From assembly GCA_036867785.1 (NCBI GenBank), contig CP145426.1, positions 682,001 to 746,000 on the forward strand: a DNA stretch of 64,000 nucleotides, in the 5' to 3' direction. Position 1 is the first letter of the stretch. Every line of letters begins with the position of its first letter. Source of the DNA: Plasmodiophora brassicae. Taxonomy: Eukaryota. A program made the position numbers and the translations under genes. The notes below the pieces were generated by a model, which was not told the DNA's origin, ran no database searches, and saw only the letters and a list, made by a program, of their open reading frames with translations. Below are positions 22,470-33,827 of the stretch, in pieces.

Positions 22470-23582
22470 ATGGTCATGCCGTGCCGACGTGGGCAGCAGG
22501 CGGTCGTCGTCGTCGGCGTCCATGGCGTGCGCGCGGGCAGGTGGATCGCGCGCCGCTACATGGGCAAGATGCGCACCTGTGGTCTGCCTCGGGCGCTGTA
22601 CGGGTGGACGGTGACCGATGGGCGCGATCACCCCGACGGCGTCTCCGTCGGCGCCGCCCTCGTCGAGGCCGACCACGCCATGGTGTGGCCCAAGTACGGC
22701 CTGTGCCAGCAGTGGGCGCTGGGCGCCGTCCTGTGCCAGTTCCTCGGCGGCGTACGCCACCTGCCGAATCGGCTGGCGGTCCCGCCCGAGCTCGACATGC
22801 GCCTGCCGGCGGCGCTCGTCGCCGAGTCGGTCCGGAACTCGATCCTGTTCTGCCACGAGCGGACGGCGGCCGCCAACATGGCCTCCCACGCGACGTTGTT
22901 CGACCGGACGTACGACATCATCTGCCCGCTGCCGGCGCTGGACGCTCGTCGCGCCTCGCTGGTCAACCTGGACATGGCGCGGGTCGTGGCGCGCGCCTGG
23001 GCCGACGCGGTGCCGTCGGCGCCGCCGCCGGCCGTCGTCGAGCTCATCCGCCGGTCGTTCGTCCTGACGCCCCGGTCGCTGGAGACGTACCGCACCCAGC
23101 AGCGGCAGTCGGACCCGGCCCGCCTGATCCACTTCAACTCGATCAAGATCGACCCGGAGCAGAAGGAGCGCGTGCGGGGCGCCCGTATCCTCGTGTGGCA
23201 CCACGACCTGTCCTGGGGGGCGCTGGCCGAGGCCGCCAGGAACATCCTCTTCATGGGCGGCGCCGACCGGGTCGACGTGCTCACGGCGATGGCCCCCGGG
23301 ACGCCCATGACGACCTGCTGCTTCGAGGCGGCCGCCGGTGCCAACCTGGACGACGTCCTGTTCGACATGGAGCGCCCGGCGAAGACGGACGATGTCGCCC
23401 TGGCGCGGACCGTGATCGTCGACAAGCACGCCGTCACCTGGGACCAGTCGAACGTCCACTCGGAAGCGAACGCGAAACGCGCCTGGCACGACGTCCTCGG
23501 CGAGTGGATCGTCGCCAAGTGGCCCAGGTTCGTGCCGAGCTATGTCCCCCGTAGCAATATCTACTACAAGGGCAACCTGTAG
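22470..23582 (+). CDS. ComF/type I phosphoribosyltransferase-like protein with a divergent PRPP loop
   Basis: YDIICPLP; VRGARILVWHHDLSWGALAEAARNILFMGGADRVDVLTA, which matches the PRTase core layout. Single exon. Confidence 0.6.
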   Translation: MVMPCRRGQQAVVVVGVHGVRAGRWIARRYMGKMRTCGLPRALYGWTVTDGRDHPDGVSVGAALVEADHAMVWPKYGLCQQWALGAVLCQFLGGVRHLPNRLAVPPELDMRLPAALVAESVRNSILFCHERTAAANMASHATLFDRTYDIICPLPALDARRASLVNLDMARVVARAWADAVPSAPPPAVVELIRRSFVLTPRSLETYRTQQRQSDPARLIHFNSIKIDPEQKERVRGARILVWHHDLSWGALAEAARNILFMGGADRVDVLTAMAPGTPMTTCCFEAAAGANLDDVLFDMERPAKTDDVALARTVIVDKHAVTWDQSNVHSEANAKRAWHDVLGEWIVAKWPRFVPSYVPRSNIYYKGNL

Positions 23583-23654
23583 CGAGCGCTGGACAACACC
23601 ATCCTGCCCTGCGCTGGCCCAAGTAGGCCACCACCGTCCAACGTCTTCCCGACG

Positions 23655-25571
23655 TCACCCCTGGCGCCGTTGTTTAATCCGGTCTTCTTGAAGGCGAACC
23701 GCAGGCGTGATGGCGTCGAGCGTCACCTCGACGTCGACCGTCATGGGCGACCCGTGATGGCCGGTCTCGGACCGGATCATCGTGTAGTGCAGGCCGAGCC
23801 GTCGGGCTTCGATCTGGAAGCAGGGGTAGAACCAGTCGGCGGCGCCCATCATCCCGACCCTCATGTAGATCTCGAACAGGGACGTGCCATTCGCCATGAA
23901 GATCGAGTTCGACAGGCCTGTGCAATTAACCAGCGCAGCGTGTGCGCGTCCGTTGTCAGCAACGCCATCCACCAGACGACAACGACAAACGTCGTACCGG
24001 CGCCATGCGGGCCGACCAGGACGTCGGCCTCGTAGTGCAGACGCACCATGCGCTCATACGAGTCGACGAACGAATCGTAAACGTCCACGACGGCGTTCGG
24101 GAACCGGCGCCGCAGCCCAGCGAGGAGGTCCTACAGCGAGAACGTTGCACGTCAGGGCGCGTCAGCGCAGGCACACAGACGACTGTACGAACGTTGTGGT
24201 TGACAATGTGGCGTGCCAGGTTCCCTCGCGACTGAAGAACGATGCGCACGGGACGGCGACCGCTCGGCACCTGCAGGGCCCATGTTGAGTTACGTTCGCA
24301 GGGCCGGTTTCGCAATCGAGCGGCCGGCCTACCCGCTGTGGAAACCGTTTCGCGAGGTGCAGGCGGAACTCGTCGCGAACCAGGACCGCGGCGCGGGGTA
24401 TCAATCGTCCTGTTTGGGTGAGTTCATCATCGAGGCCGTTGATCGCCTGCACGAGGTACCTCCAGCAGTGGCGGTCGGCACCAGCAATTTCTCGACGTGG
24501 TAGACCGTCCTGGGGTCGTAGTCGATGAAGCGCGAACGGTCCAGCCCTGGGCACGACGATGGTTACCAACACGACGGGCAGGGCACAGACCGGCAGCAGT
24601 GTCCTACCGAGCATGGCGTACAGGTCCCAGAGGCCGTCCGGCCCTGGGGGGCGGTACGCCATGATCCGGACGTCGGGGTTGGCGATCAGCCAGTCGCGTA
24701 CCATGGCCAGCCGCAGGAACGACTCGACCAGCCAATGAAAGTACCTGACCAGCCGATCCCACTCGAGTCAGCACGACCGTTCCCAGGCGACCGCATCCCG
24801 ATCCGGCTAACCGATAGGCCCAGAACATGGCGATGAGGACGACACGACCTTTGATTGGCGATACGGGGCCATCTGCCAGTGTCGGGTACGGGTTCCAGGG
24901 CCCTTCCTCGCAGCCGCCCGGGCGGTACACTATCGAGCAATCGTACACGATGGATTCATGGCCGGTGACGTACGCCTGCAACGCGCGAACGTTAGACGCT
25001 CCCTGCAGTCGGCCAGCAATTGCGGCACGACGACGTTCTGGAACAGGACGACCATGCCCTTGACCTCGTCGTAGTCGTAGGCCGGCAGCCGAACGATCAT
25101 GTTCGGATCGTCGGGCGGCGTCTCGGTCATGCCGACGTCCTTCTCGATCGTCGTCGCGTACTGCAACCCGCGCAGGGCATCGTCCAGACCGTGCAGGCAC
25201 CCTGATCGAATACACGTCAGCAGGTTGGAGCGCACGGCGATGTCGTAATCGAAGATCGAGAACAGACCCGGGTGGTTAAGCGGGCCGGGAAGATCCAGGC
25301 CGACGCCGAGAGACATCGGGTCAAGAAGCCGGAACGGCGCCGCCGGCTGGCCATGGACCCCTTTGGAACGGCGCACAACGGCGCGGTCGTCGAGGTCCTG
25401 TGGTTGTGGGCGGCGGGACATCAGCAGGGCAAACGTCGTCAGCAGCAGGAGAACGGCAGCGATCGATGCCAGCATTGGCGCGCCGCGCAGGGTCTTGGCC
25501 GGGTACCGTCGAGCCGTCCGAATCGCCTGCCGCATACGCCCTTCCAGCGTACGTCGCCTGCGGGATAGCAT
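23655..25571 (-). CDS. Glycosyltransferase family 61 (DUF563) type II membrane protein, multi-exon
   Basis: N-terminal TM; ADVLVGPHGAG/LSNSIFMANGTSLFEI signature split by an intron. Confidence 0.85.
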
Positions 25572-25715
25572 CGCTGCTGTACTAAATCTGGAAATAGCCG
25601 AGAACAGGGCTTCCGCCTTCCGGAAGCAGGAAGCGCGTGGTCACAAAAATGCGTGACTGGCAATCGGTTCTACATACCAACATACCAACAGCAGCGGGAC
25701 ATACGCATATACCAG

Positions 25716-26415
25716 AGTTAAACTTCGGTTGAAGCACCACCCTCGTTGGGCACAACCCCGGCTTTAAGCACCCGACCCCAGGAACAATAATTATTGTTCT
25801 CATAACCAGAACCGGTGTGAACATGTCCGAACCGAACTGAACCGTCATGGGACGTGTGAACCAGGAACCGAACCGAACCAGCGATCCTCGAACCGAACCG
25901 AACCGACACCGAGCCAGCGCTATATAACCGCGGTTTACCAGTCGCCGCGTGCGGCCACATGCTCCTGCCTTGCTGCCGCCCTTGCTGTTGCGGTTGCGGT
26001 CGTCCTCACCGTCGCCACCCTGCTTGGTGTATTGTTTCGTCGCTGCCGACTGCGCAGTCGTTACCGCCGCTATATCGCCGCCCTGCCTGCTGCTGCCCCA
26101 GTCCTGCCGTCGCCGATCTGCCGACATGCCGATCACGCTCGCAATCGGTCCACTTTCGACACCGTCGACCCGGGCAGACCCTACTCTGGGGACACCAATC
26201 GGGAAGGTCCTCATGACGCTCCCGCGAATCCCGGTAAAATCATTTATCGTCTATCGGAGTCGTCGAAAATCATTTATCGTCTATCGGAGTCGTCGACGGT
26301 TATTTTCAGAACGAGCCCTGCAAGTGGTTCAAAGGTAAACCTCGGTTTAAGCACCAACCTAAGCACAAACAATCCCGACTTGAAGCAACCGCCCCCAGGA
26401 ACAAGTATTGTTCCC
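25716..26415. repeat. Non-coding repeat-rich segment: diverged ~85-bp direct repeats, a GAACC array and an exact 30-bp tandem duplication
   Basis: TAAAC(T/C)TCGGTT(G/T)AAGCACCA...CCCCAGGAACAA..TATTGTTC at ~25716-25800 and ~26335-26415; GAACC(G) runs at ~25808-25905; AAAATCATTTATCGTCTATCGGAGTCGTCG twice at 26236-26295. Confidence 0.75.
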
Positions 26416-26666
26416 CGGGAACATACGCGAGAGTGTGATCAGCGAATCTGTATGTACCGCAATATGGGGCATGAATAACAAAACCGCGCGCTCGCCCCAA
26501 ACGCAGCTGCAAGCGCATGTGTGTGTGCCGAACTGGATACAGCGGACGGGGACCCGCACCACCGGTACGGGATGATGCGCCCCGCGCGCGACACGGCAGC
26601 AGGCAGCTGCCGTGTCGCGCTATAATTGGCGCGGCTCCACGACGACGACGACGGGGGTCTCATCAT

Positions 26667-29600
26667 ATGTGGCCGGCGGCGTCGCGAACGCTCCGCCCGG
26701 GCCGCCGCCCCTGTGCCAGCGCCGCCGCCGGGCAGGCGCGTCGCCCGCCGTTCCTCACGGTGAAGCAGTGCGACCAGGTCATGGGTCGCGTCCTGCAGGC
26801 GCACGAGGCGCGCCGGCCGAGCGCCGCCGCCGACCCTGACGCCGCCGCGTCGCTCGGCGTCGTCCTCCGCCAGCTGCCCGGGTTCGTCGGCCACCGTCTC
26901 GCCGACATCAAACGCCTGCCGCACATCGCCACGAAGCTCGTCAAGCTCAGCGCCGCCGGCCTGATCGGTACGTGTCCGGACGCGCGCGCCCCCCTCCCGC
27001 TGACCGTCGTCGTCGTCGCCAGGGCGGACCCAGGCGCACGACCTGCTGGGCGCGATCGAGGCCAGGACGCGCGACCACATGCACGCGCTGGACGGCCGCG
27101 AGCTGTCCACGCTGGTCACCGCGCTGGCCAAGGCGCCGCCCGGCCTGGTCGGCGCCGACTTCTTCGACCGCGTCGCCGTCCGCGTCGTCGCGGCCGGCGC
27201 CGACGACGTCGAACCGCGCGCCCTGTCCGGCATCCTCTGGGCCGCCGTCCAGGCCCGGTTCCGCAACGACGCCCTGCTCGACGCCGTCGTCGGGCGCGTC
27301 GTCGCCGACGCGCACCGGTTCGACCAGCACAGCGTGTCGTCGGTCGCCTGGGCGCTCGCCCGGTCCCGCGTCCGGCACGGGGCGGCGTTCGGCGCGATCG
27401 CGCGCCGCGCCATCGCCATCATGGGGACGTGCACGCCGCACAGCGTCGCGTCGCTGGCCTGGGCGTTCGCCACCGTCGGCGACCGCCACGACGCGCTGTT
27501 CGCCGCGATCGCCGCCCGCATCCAGGCGGACCCGCGCGGCTTTACCGGCCAGGCGCTGGCCAACGCCGCCTGGGCGTTCGCCACCGTCCGCATCGCCGAC
27601 CCCGACCTGTTCGCCGTGTTCGCCGCCGCCGACGTCGCCGCGTTCAACCCGCAGGAGCTGGTCAACGTCGCCTGGGCGTTCGCGACGCTCGGCGTGCGCG
27701 ACCAGGCCGCGTTCGTCGGCGGGGTCGCGCGGCGCGCCGCCGCCCACGCCGACCGGCTCACCGCCCAGCAGGTCTCCAACCTGGCCTGGGCGCTCGCCAC
27801 GCTCGGCGTGCGCCGCGACGACGCCGTGTTTGACGCGATCGGCCGCGCCACCCTGCGCCTCGTCGACACGTTCGCCGCGCAGGCCGTCGCCACGACCGCC
27901 TGGGCGTACGCGCAGGTCGGCGCCCGGGCCGGCGACGCCCCCGTCCTCGTCGCCCTGCGCCGCCGGGCGATCGCGCAGGTGCACGCGTTCACGCCGCAGG
28001 GCCTGGCGATGACGGCGTCGGCGTTCGCCAGCGTCGCAGGCGCCGGCGACGCCGACCTGTTCCGGGTGATCGCGCGTCGCGCCACCCGCGACATGGACGC
28101 GTTCGCGGCCCGCGACCTGACGACGCTGTCGTGGGCGTTCGCCCAGGTCGACAGCGCCGTCCTGGCGGCGGCCGGCGGCGCCGACGACCTGTTCCGGGGC
28201 GTCGGCCGGCGCGCCCTGGCCGTCGTCGACACGTTCGTGGCGGTCGGCCTGGCGCGGACGACGCGCGCCTTCGCCCGGGTCCGCGTCGCCCCCAGCGGCC
28301 TGTTCGCCGCCATGGCCCGCCGCGTCGTCGACCTGGCCGCCACGTTCTCCCCCGAGTCGATCGGCAACTGCGCCTGGGCGTTCGCCACGGTCGGGTACGC
28401 CGGCGACGACGCCGCCGACCTGTTCGGGGCGCTGGCGCGACGCGCCCTCGACGTCGCCGGCGCGTTCGACGCGCCCGCCCTGGCCGACACCGCCTGGGCG
28501 TTCGCGCAGGTCGCCGCACCGACACACGATGGCCTGTTCCGGGCGCTGGGCCGCCGCGCCGTCGTCGTCGCCGACGCGTTCACCGCCGAGCAGGTGGCGG
28601 CGACGGCGTCGGCGTTCGCCCAGGTCGGCGCGCTCGACGACGCCGCTGTCGTCGACGCGCTCGGGCGCCGCGCCCTCGCCCTGATCGACGCGTTCGACGC
28701 GCCCGGCGTCGTCCGCGTCCTGCGCGCGTTCACGTCGACGCCCGCCGGCGCCGACGTCGCCCGGCGCTTCGTCCGGGAGCGCCTGCCGGTCGTCGTCGAC
28801 GACCTGCCCGCCGACGGCGTCGTCGCGGTGCTCGTGGCGCTCGCGGACGCCGGAGGTGGCGACCCGATGATCGTCGAGCGGGTCGTCGGGCGCGCGGACG
28901 CGGTCTGCACTGCGGGGGACGTGGCGCGCGCACTTCGGGCCTGCGTCGGACTGCGCGTCCGGCGCGACGCCCACCTCGTGACGACGCTGCTGGACGCGTC
29001 GCTCGCGTCCGTCGAGGCGCTCGACGCGCAGGGCGTCGCTGATCTGTCGTGGGCGCTCGTCGAGCTCGACGACGATCGGTGCGCCGACCTGGCCGTCGCC
29101 CTGGCGTACCACGGGGCGACGGTGGCGCGCGAGTGCACCGGCGCGGCGATCGCAACGATCCTGTCGGCGTGCGCCCGCCTCGGCGTCGGCGCCCGGGACG
29201 CGCCTGCAACGACGAACCTGTTCGCCAAGCTGGGCAGGCGCGTCGCCATCCGCCCTGACCTGCTGCCGGACGGCGACGCGCTCGCCAGGACGGCCTGGGC
29301 CGTTGCCAGCGCCACGATCCGGTTCAGCCCGTTCGCCGGCGGCGACGACGACGACGACGACCGGGCCGAGCTCGCCGAGTACTGGCCGGAAGCCATGTCG
29401 GTCGGCCTGACCTACGCCGACCTGTTCGCCTCCCTCGGGCGGCAATGCGTTGCCGTCATTGCGGGCGACGACGTCGTCCTCCCGGGGCAGGTCGCGACGC
29501 TGTGCAGGGCGTTCGCGGCGACCGGCACCGGCACCGGCGCCGTCTACGACGCCCTGGTCGCCCGGGCCGTGTCCGCCCTCGACGCGTTCGACCGCGCGGC

Positions 29601-30216
29601 ACTGTCCGACCTGCTCTGGGCGCTCGCCGTCGCCGATGTCGCCGTCGACGACCGCGTCGCCGTCGCCTTCCTGCGCAGGGCGGCCGCGTTGCTCGACGAC
29701 GACGACGGCGTCCTGCAGGCGGCGACCCGGCGGTGGCTGCTGGCCATGGGCCCGGAACGGTCCAGCGACGTCATCGCGCGGGCGTCGCTGTCGGGCCTGC
29801 CCTGTTTGACGTCGCCAGTGTCGTCGTCGTCGTCGTCGTCCGACCCGGGCGCCGTGTCCGCCCTGCAGAGCTCCGTCGTCGAGACGTTGCAGGCCGTGCA
29901 GGCGCCCGGGTCTCGCCTCGTCGCCCAGTACGTGTGCCCGGACACGGCCTGCCTGGTCGACATCGCGTTCCCAGGCGCCAAGGTCGCCGTCCAGGTCCAC
30001 GACCCGGCCCGGTTCCGCCAGGACGTGCAGAGCGGGCGCCTGCAGCTGGACGGCGACGCCCTGCTGACGCAGCGCCTCCTGCGCCGGCACGGCTGGGCCG
30101 TCGTCAGCGTCGACTTCGCCGAATGGATCCCGCTGCACGCCGGCAACCCGCTGCACGACCACCCCGGCAAGGTCGCGTTCCTCAGGTCCAGACTGCCCGC
30201 CAGCGTCCTCCAATAG
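26667..30216 (+). CDS. Octotricopeptide (OPR)-like repeat protein with C-terminal RAP domain, probable organellar RNA-binding protein
   Basis: ~38-aa repeats of F..Q.LAN.AWAFAT type; RAP-like LVDIAFPGAKVAVQVHDPARF...QRLLRRHGWAVVSVDFAEW; Arg-rich presequence-like start; intron ~26968-27031. Confidence 0.88.
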
Positions 30217-30335
30217 AACCGGCTATTGATTCCAGCATGCACCGGGACGTACCCGCCCTGCGTTGCGATACGGTACGGATCGGGCTGGGGCAGCCGAGCG
30301 GCCGGATTCGATCTTCGCCCGCCCGCGTATCGCCC

Positions 30336-32105
30336 ATGAGCGCACGTCGCGGCGGCATGGCCATGCCGGACGCGCCTGCGACGTCGGCAGGGGACGATAG
30401 GGGCCGGTCGATGACGGCGGCGTCGAGGAACGAGATGGACGTGTTCCGGGACCAGCAGGTCTTCTTCCTGAAGAACGCCTTGGACGAGCAGCGCAGGCGC
30501 GCCCAGCGCCACGCGGCCGAGGCCGACGCCCTGCGCCACGAGGCCAAAGTTCGGGAGACGGGCAACCTGGACATGGTCGACTTCCTGCAGAAGCGCATCA
30601 AGGTCGGGCGCCGCCGTTGCCCCCCTCCGACCAGACGGGCCGCAGGTACCCAGTGACGGCGTGGACGTACAGGACGTCGAGCGCCAGAACGAGGACATTG
30701 CCAGGAAGCTGGACGAGTTCCTCGCCAACGAGGCCGACCACATTGCCTCGATCGACAGCATCGCCCAGGGCAAGATCGCGTCGGTGCAGGGCGACGCCCA
30801 CCGTCAGATCGCCGAGCTGCGCGTCAAGTACGACGAGTGCCAGGTGCGGCTGACGAGACACCGGCGTTGGCGCACGACGCCCTAACCCAGGCGGTATCGC
30901 AGGCCGAGCTGAACACGCTGAAGGCGTTCCGCGAGGAGAAGACCGCTCTGGAGCGCGACCTCGACGACGTCCGGCGAGCGGCCGACCAACGCGAGGCGCA
31001 GCTGTTGCGCCAGGCCGATCAGGTCGAGCGCGATCATCGCGCGGAGATCGTCAAGGTGACGACGACGCGCGCCCTGGATGCAACCGGCCGGTCGAGTGCT
31101 GATCCCCGTCTGGAACGCGCGGCAGATTCGTCAGGCGTGCGCGTCGGAGATCAGTGCGGCACACAGCGCGTCGCGGCGCCTGGCCGAGAGCGACCTCACC
31201 CTGGAATCGAAACGTCTGCGCGTCGACAACGCCCGGTTCCAGAGCGAACTGTACTTCCACGAGCAGCAAACCGCGCGTCTGGTCAAGGAGAACGAAGCGT
31301 TGCACGGGAAGGTCAAGGTCGCTCTGCATGCTGTACCGGTGCGCCCATCCCGCCACACCCGCTCGCTGACCACGCCTGGTGCGCACAGGAGCAAGCGCGA
31401 CAGCTGGAACTCGCTGCTGGCAAGGAGCGGCACTACGCGGAACGAGGCGCTCAGCAGCAGCGACGTATTCGTGAACTTTTACGCAAGGTCGACAGCGTCG
31501 AGCACGACCTGGTGCAGGCCACGCAAGCGGGCCAGGCGAGCGTCGTCGAGGTGGAGCAGGCGGCCAGCGCCGAGCTGGCCGCCTGTCGCATCGAAACGGC
31601 CGAGTGCAGGGCCGCCCTCGATGTCAAGGCACGCGAGCTCCAGCACATGCGCGTCCTGGCAAGGGTTGGGTTCCCGTCTCGGTCGCGTTGATAGGGGAAC
31701 GTCCATATTCACGTGCGCGGTGGTGACCGTCAGGCGATCCTGTCGCAGCGCACTCAGACGGAGCGGTTCTTCCACGAGGCACTGGAACAGGTGCGCGCTG
31801 AACGACAGGATCGCCAGGGCGTCCAGCAGCACGGCCCGGGTGGTGACGCGAAGGGCGACCAGACCGCCCCGACGCGGAGGCGACGACAGAACGAGAACCT
31901 GGACGACGTCGACCTGGACGAACGGGAGCGCATCCTCCGGCTGCTGTTCGCCAAGATGAACCTCAGCACTGTGCTGCGCGGACCGCCCGAGGAGCTCGCC
32001 CCGGAGCACTCGTTCCACGTCCAGCGGGACACGCGTCTGCCTCCACCGTACTCGCCCGCTGCGTTCCAGTTCGTCACCACCCTGGACGACGATAAACTCG
32101 AGTAA
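30336..32105 (+). CDS. BBOF1: Basal body-orientation factor 1-like coiled-coil ciliary protein, multi-exon
   Basis: Coiled-coil exons; DMVDFLQK; C-terminal ILSQRTQTERFFHEALEQVR and DLDERERILRLLFAKMN. Confidence 0.78.
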
Positions 32106-32516
32106 ACGACGTCGTCGACACAGATTTGTGCTGCACGGTCCAGTTCTTGCTCGGCAAGGACGACAGCAGCATGGGCACGTATAGTGTCGCCAGGAGTGTG
32201 TCTGCCGTCTCGCCCGCAACGCTCCAGTACAGAGGTCCCCGATGGCGACTTGTTATCGAAACCCGCATGCCCCACCAGCAACTCCACACATGAATGCTGC
32301 CTTCATATATAGCGGGTACGCTGACAGCGTCGGCATACGTTTTCGACTGGTCGGCACGTTTGCAAGGCCATATATTTATAACTGAGAGAATAGTACCTTG
32401 ACCTGGGCAGAGACAACGTATGTGGTGGACTGTTCGCAACTGACAGTGCCCAGGGCCTCGTTCCCGAACGGCAAACATATCCCTTCGTTGTACCGGGCGC
32501 GTTAATCGATGGAGGG

Positions 32517-32863
32517 TTCCCGCTCCACACCAACCAGTGCCAAGGGCCTCATAGCAATGCTACATCAACGGCTCCCAGGGCTCCAACACTTCAACCTTAC
32601 TTCAAATATCAGCAAGGGAATTAAGCGATCTCCTGAGCCGCACTGCGTATCGCCCGATATTGGCCTGCACCGGGAGGTGGTCAGAGATGCGCCAGTGTGT
32701 TGTGGCGTGCTGGGTTCGCGTTGTGTTTGTACCCTCCTTTGACCCGTGCAGCAGGACTTCGTTCGGGAGATTCCCCTTGCTGATATTTGAAGTAAGATTG
32801 AATGTTGCAGCCCTGGGAGCCGAGCATTGCTATAAGGCCCTTGGCACTGGTTGGGGTGGGGGA
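32517..32863. repeat. Inverted repeat (fold-back/MITE-like) with ~90-100 bp arms and a ~160 bp spacer
   Basis: CCAACCAGTGCCAAGGGCCT..TAGCAATGCT..GGCTCCCAGGGCT..CTTACTTCAAATATCAGCAAGGG at ~32530-32619 is reverse-complemented at ~32783-32855. Confidence 0.85.
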
Positions 32864-33827
32864 AGTTACTACAGCCGTATCATGGTAGTCGTCATCGTCT
32901 GTACTGGTCGGTGCTGCGCTTCAAGCGTGGCGGCATCGGCCCCAGCTTTGGCGGCTTTCCCCTTCGTTCTGGCCACATTAATTCGGTCGTCGGGCGTGGG
33001 CAGCGGTTCGTTCGTCCTAGGGCGCTTTGGGGCTAAGTGGTGCTGCGTGTGTTCGGTGTCGTTAATATCCATTCCGTCACCAGTGCCGGGTCGTGGTCCA
33101 TCCGTCCGGCCAGGGCGTGCGCCTCCTGCTGTCGCTGTTGAGGTCGGCGGGTGCGCCTCGGACTCCGTGGCGGGCTCATCTAGCGGAGGGCTGTGGCCTG
33201 TGGGTATTATGTGCGGGTTCTTTGTGGTCTGGTAGTTTTTACGGTGACAACGTGGCCGCTGAGATCTCGGTCGCGGCTGGCAACGTTCTATAGGTCATAT
33301 TCCGATGCCGCAAAGGGCTTTCCATGACCTTTGCCTGCAGGACTTCTTGAGTCCAGTCAAGCCCTCTACGTACGGCGGCTAGACTGATGAGGGGGCGTGT
33401 TAGATGCCAGTCTCCGTACTTACCACCGAATGTTTCAGGTTCCTCGGAAAGTTCCTGATGACGTCCGCACGACATCTGCTCGGCTACCGGACCGGGCAAA
33501 TAAACATAGTCCATGTTGGCGCTACCTGCATCATGTCGTTCGACATTGTTCGCTCCCAAGAAATACCTGCTAGCCTTGTCCCTGGCACGCCGGGCGCCTG
33601 ACGGCGGACCTCCAAATGGCTCTGGCTTGACCGTCAAACGGGGGGCTGACGGGGAAACCCACAGCAATATGGTCATGTTGGTTCCTGGCCATGACGCGAT
33701 CGTCAAGTGCCCCGACGGGCACCGGTCCGCGCGGTGGCGCCGCGGGATGACCCGCGACGTCGCTCAGCGATTCTTCGGAGTCCGCCGCCGCCGTGTTCGA
33801 CTTGGACCTGTCGATCGTGTGGGCAAC

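Noticed and set aside
26439-30213. Very long antisense and alternate-frame ORFs (985 aa, 1088 aa) over the OPR-RAP gene, and similar ones over other GC-rich genes
   Set aside because: Shadow ORFs caused by high GC and codon bias; the translations are Arg/Gly/Pro-rich with no family motifs.
32869-33706. Retrotransposon gag/ORF1 remnant
   Set aside because: Broken low-complexity ORFs with no zinc knuckle, RT or integrase motif visible.
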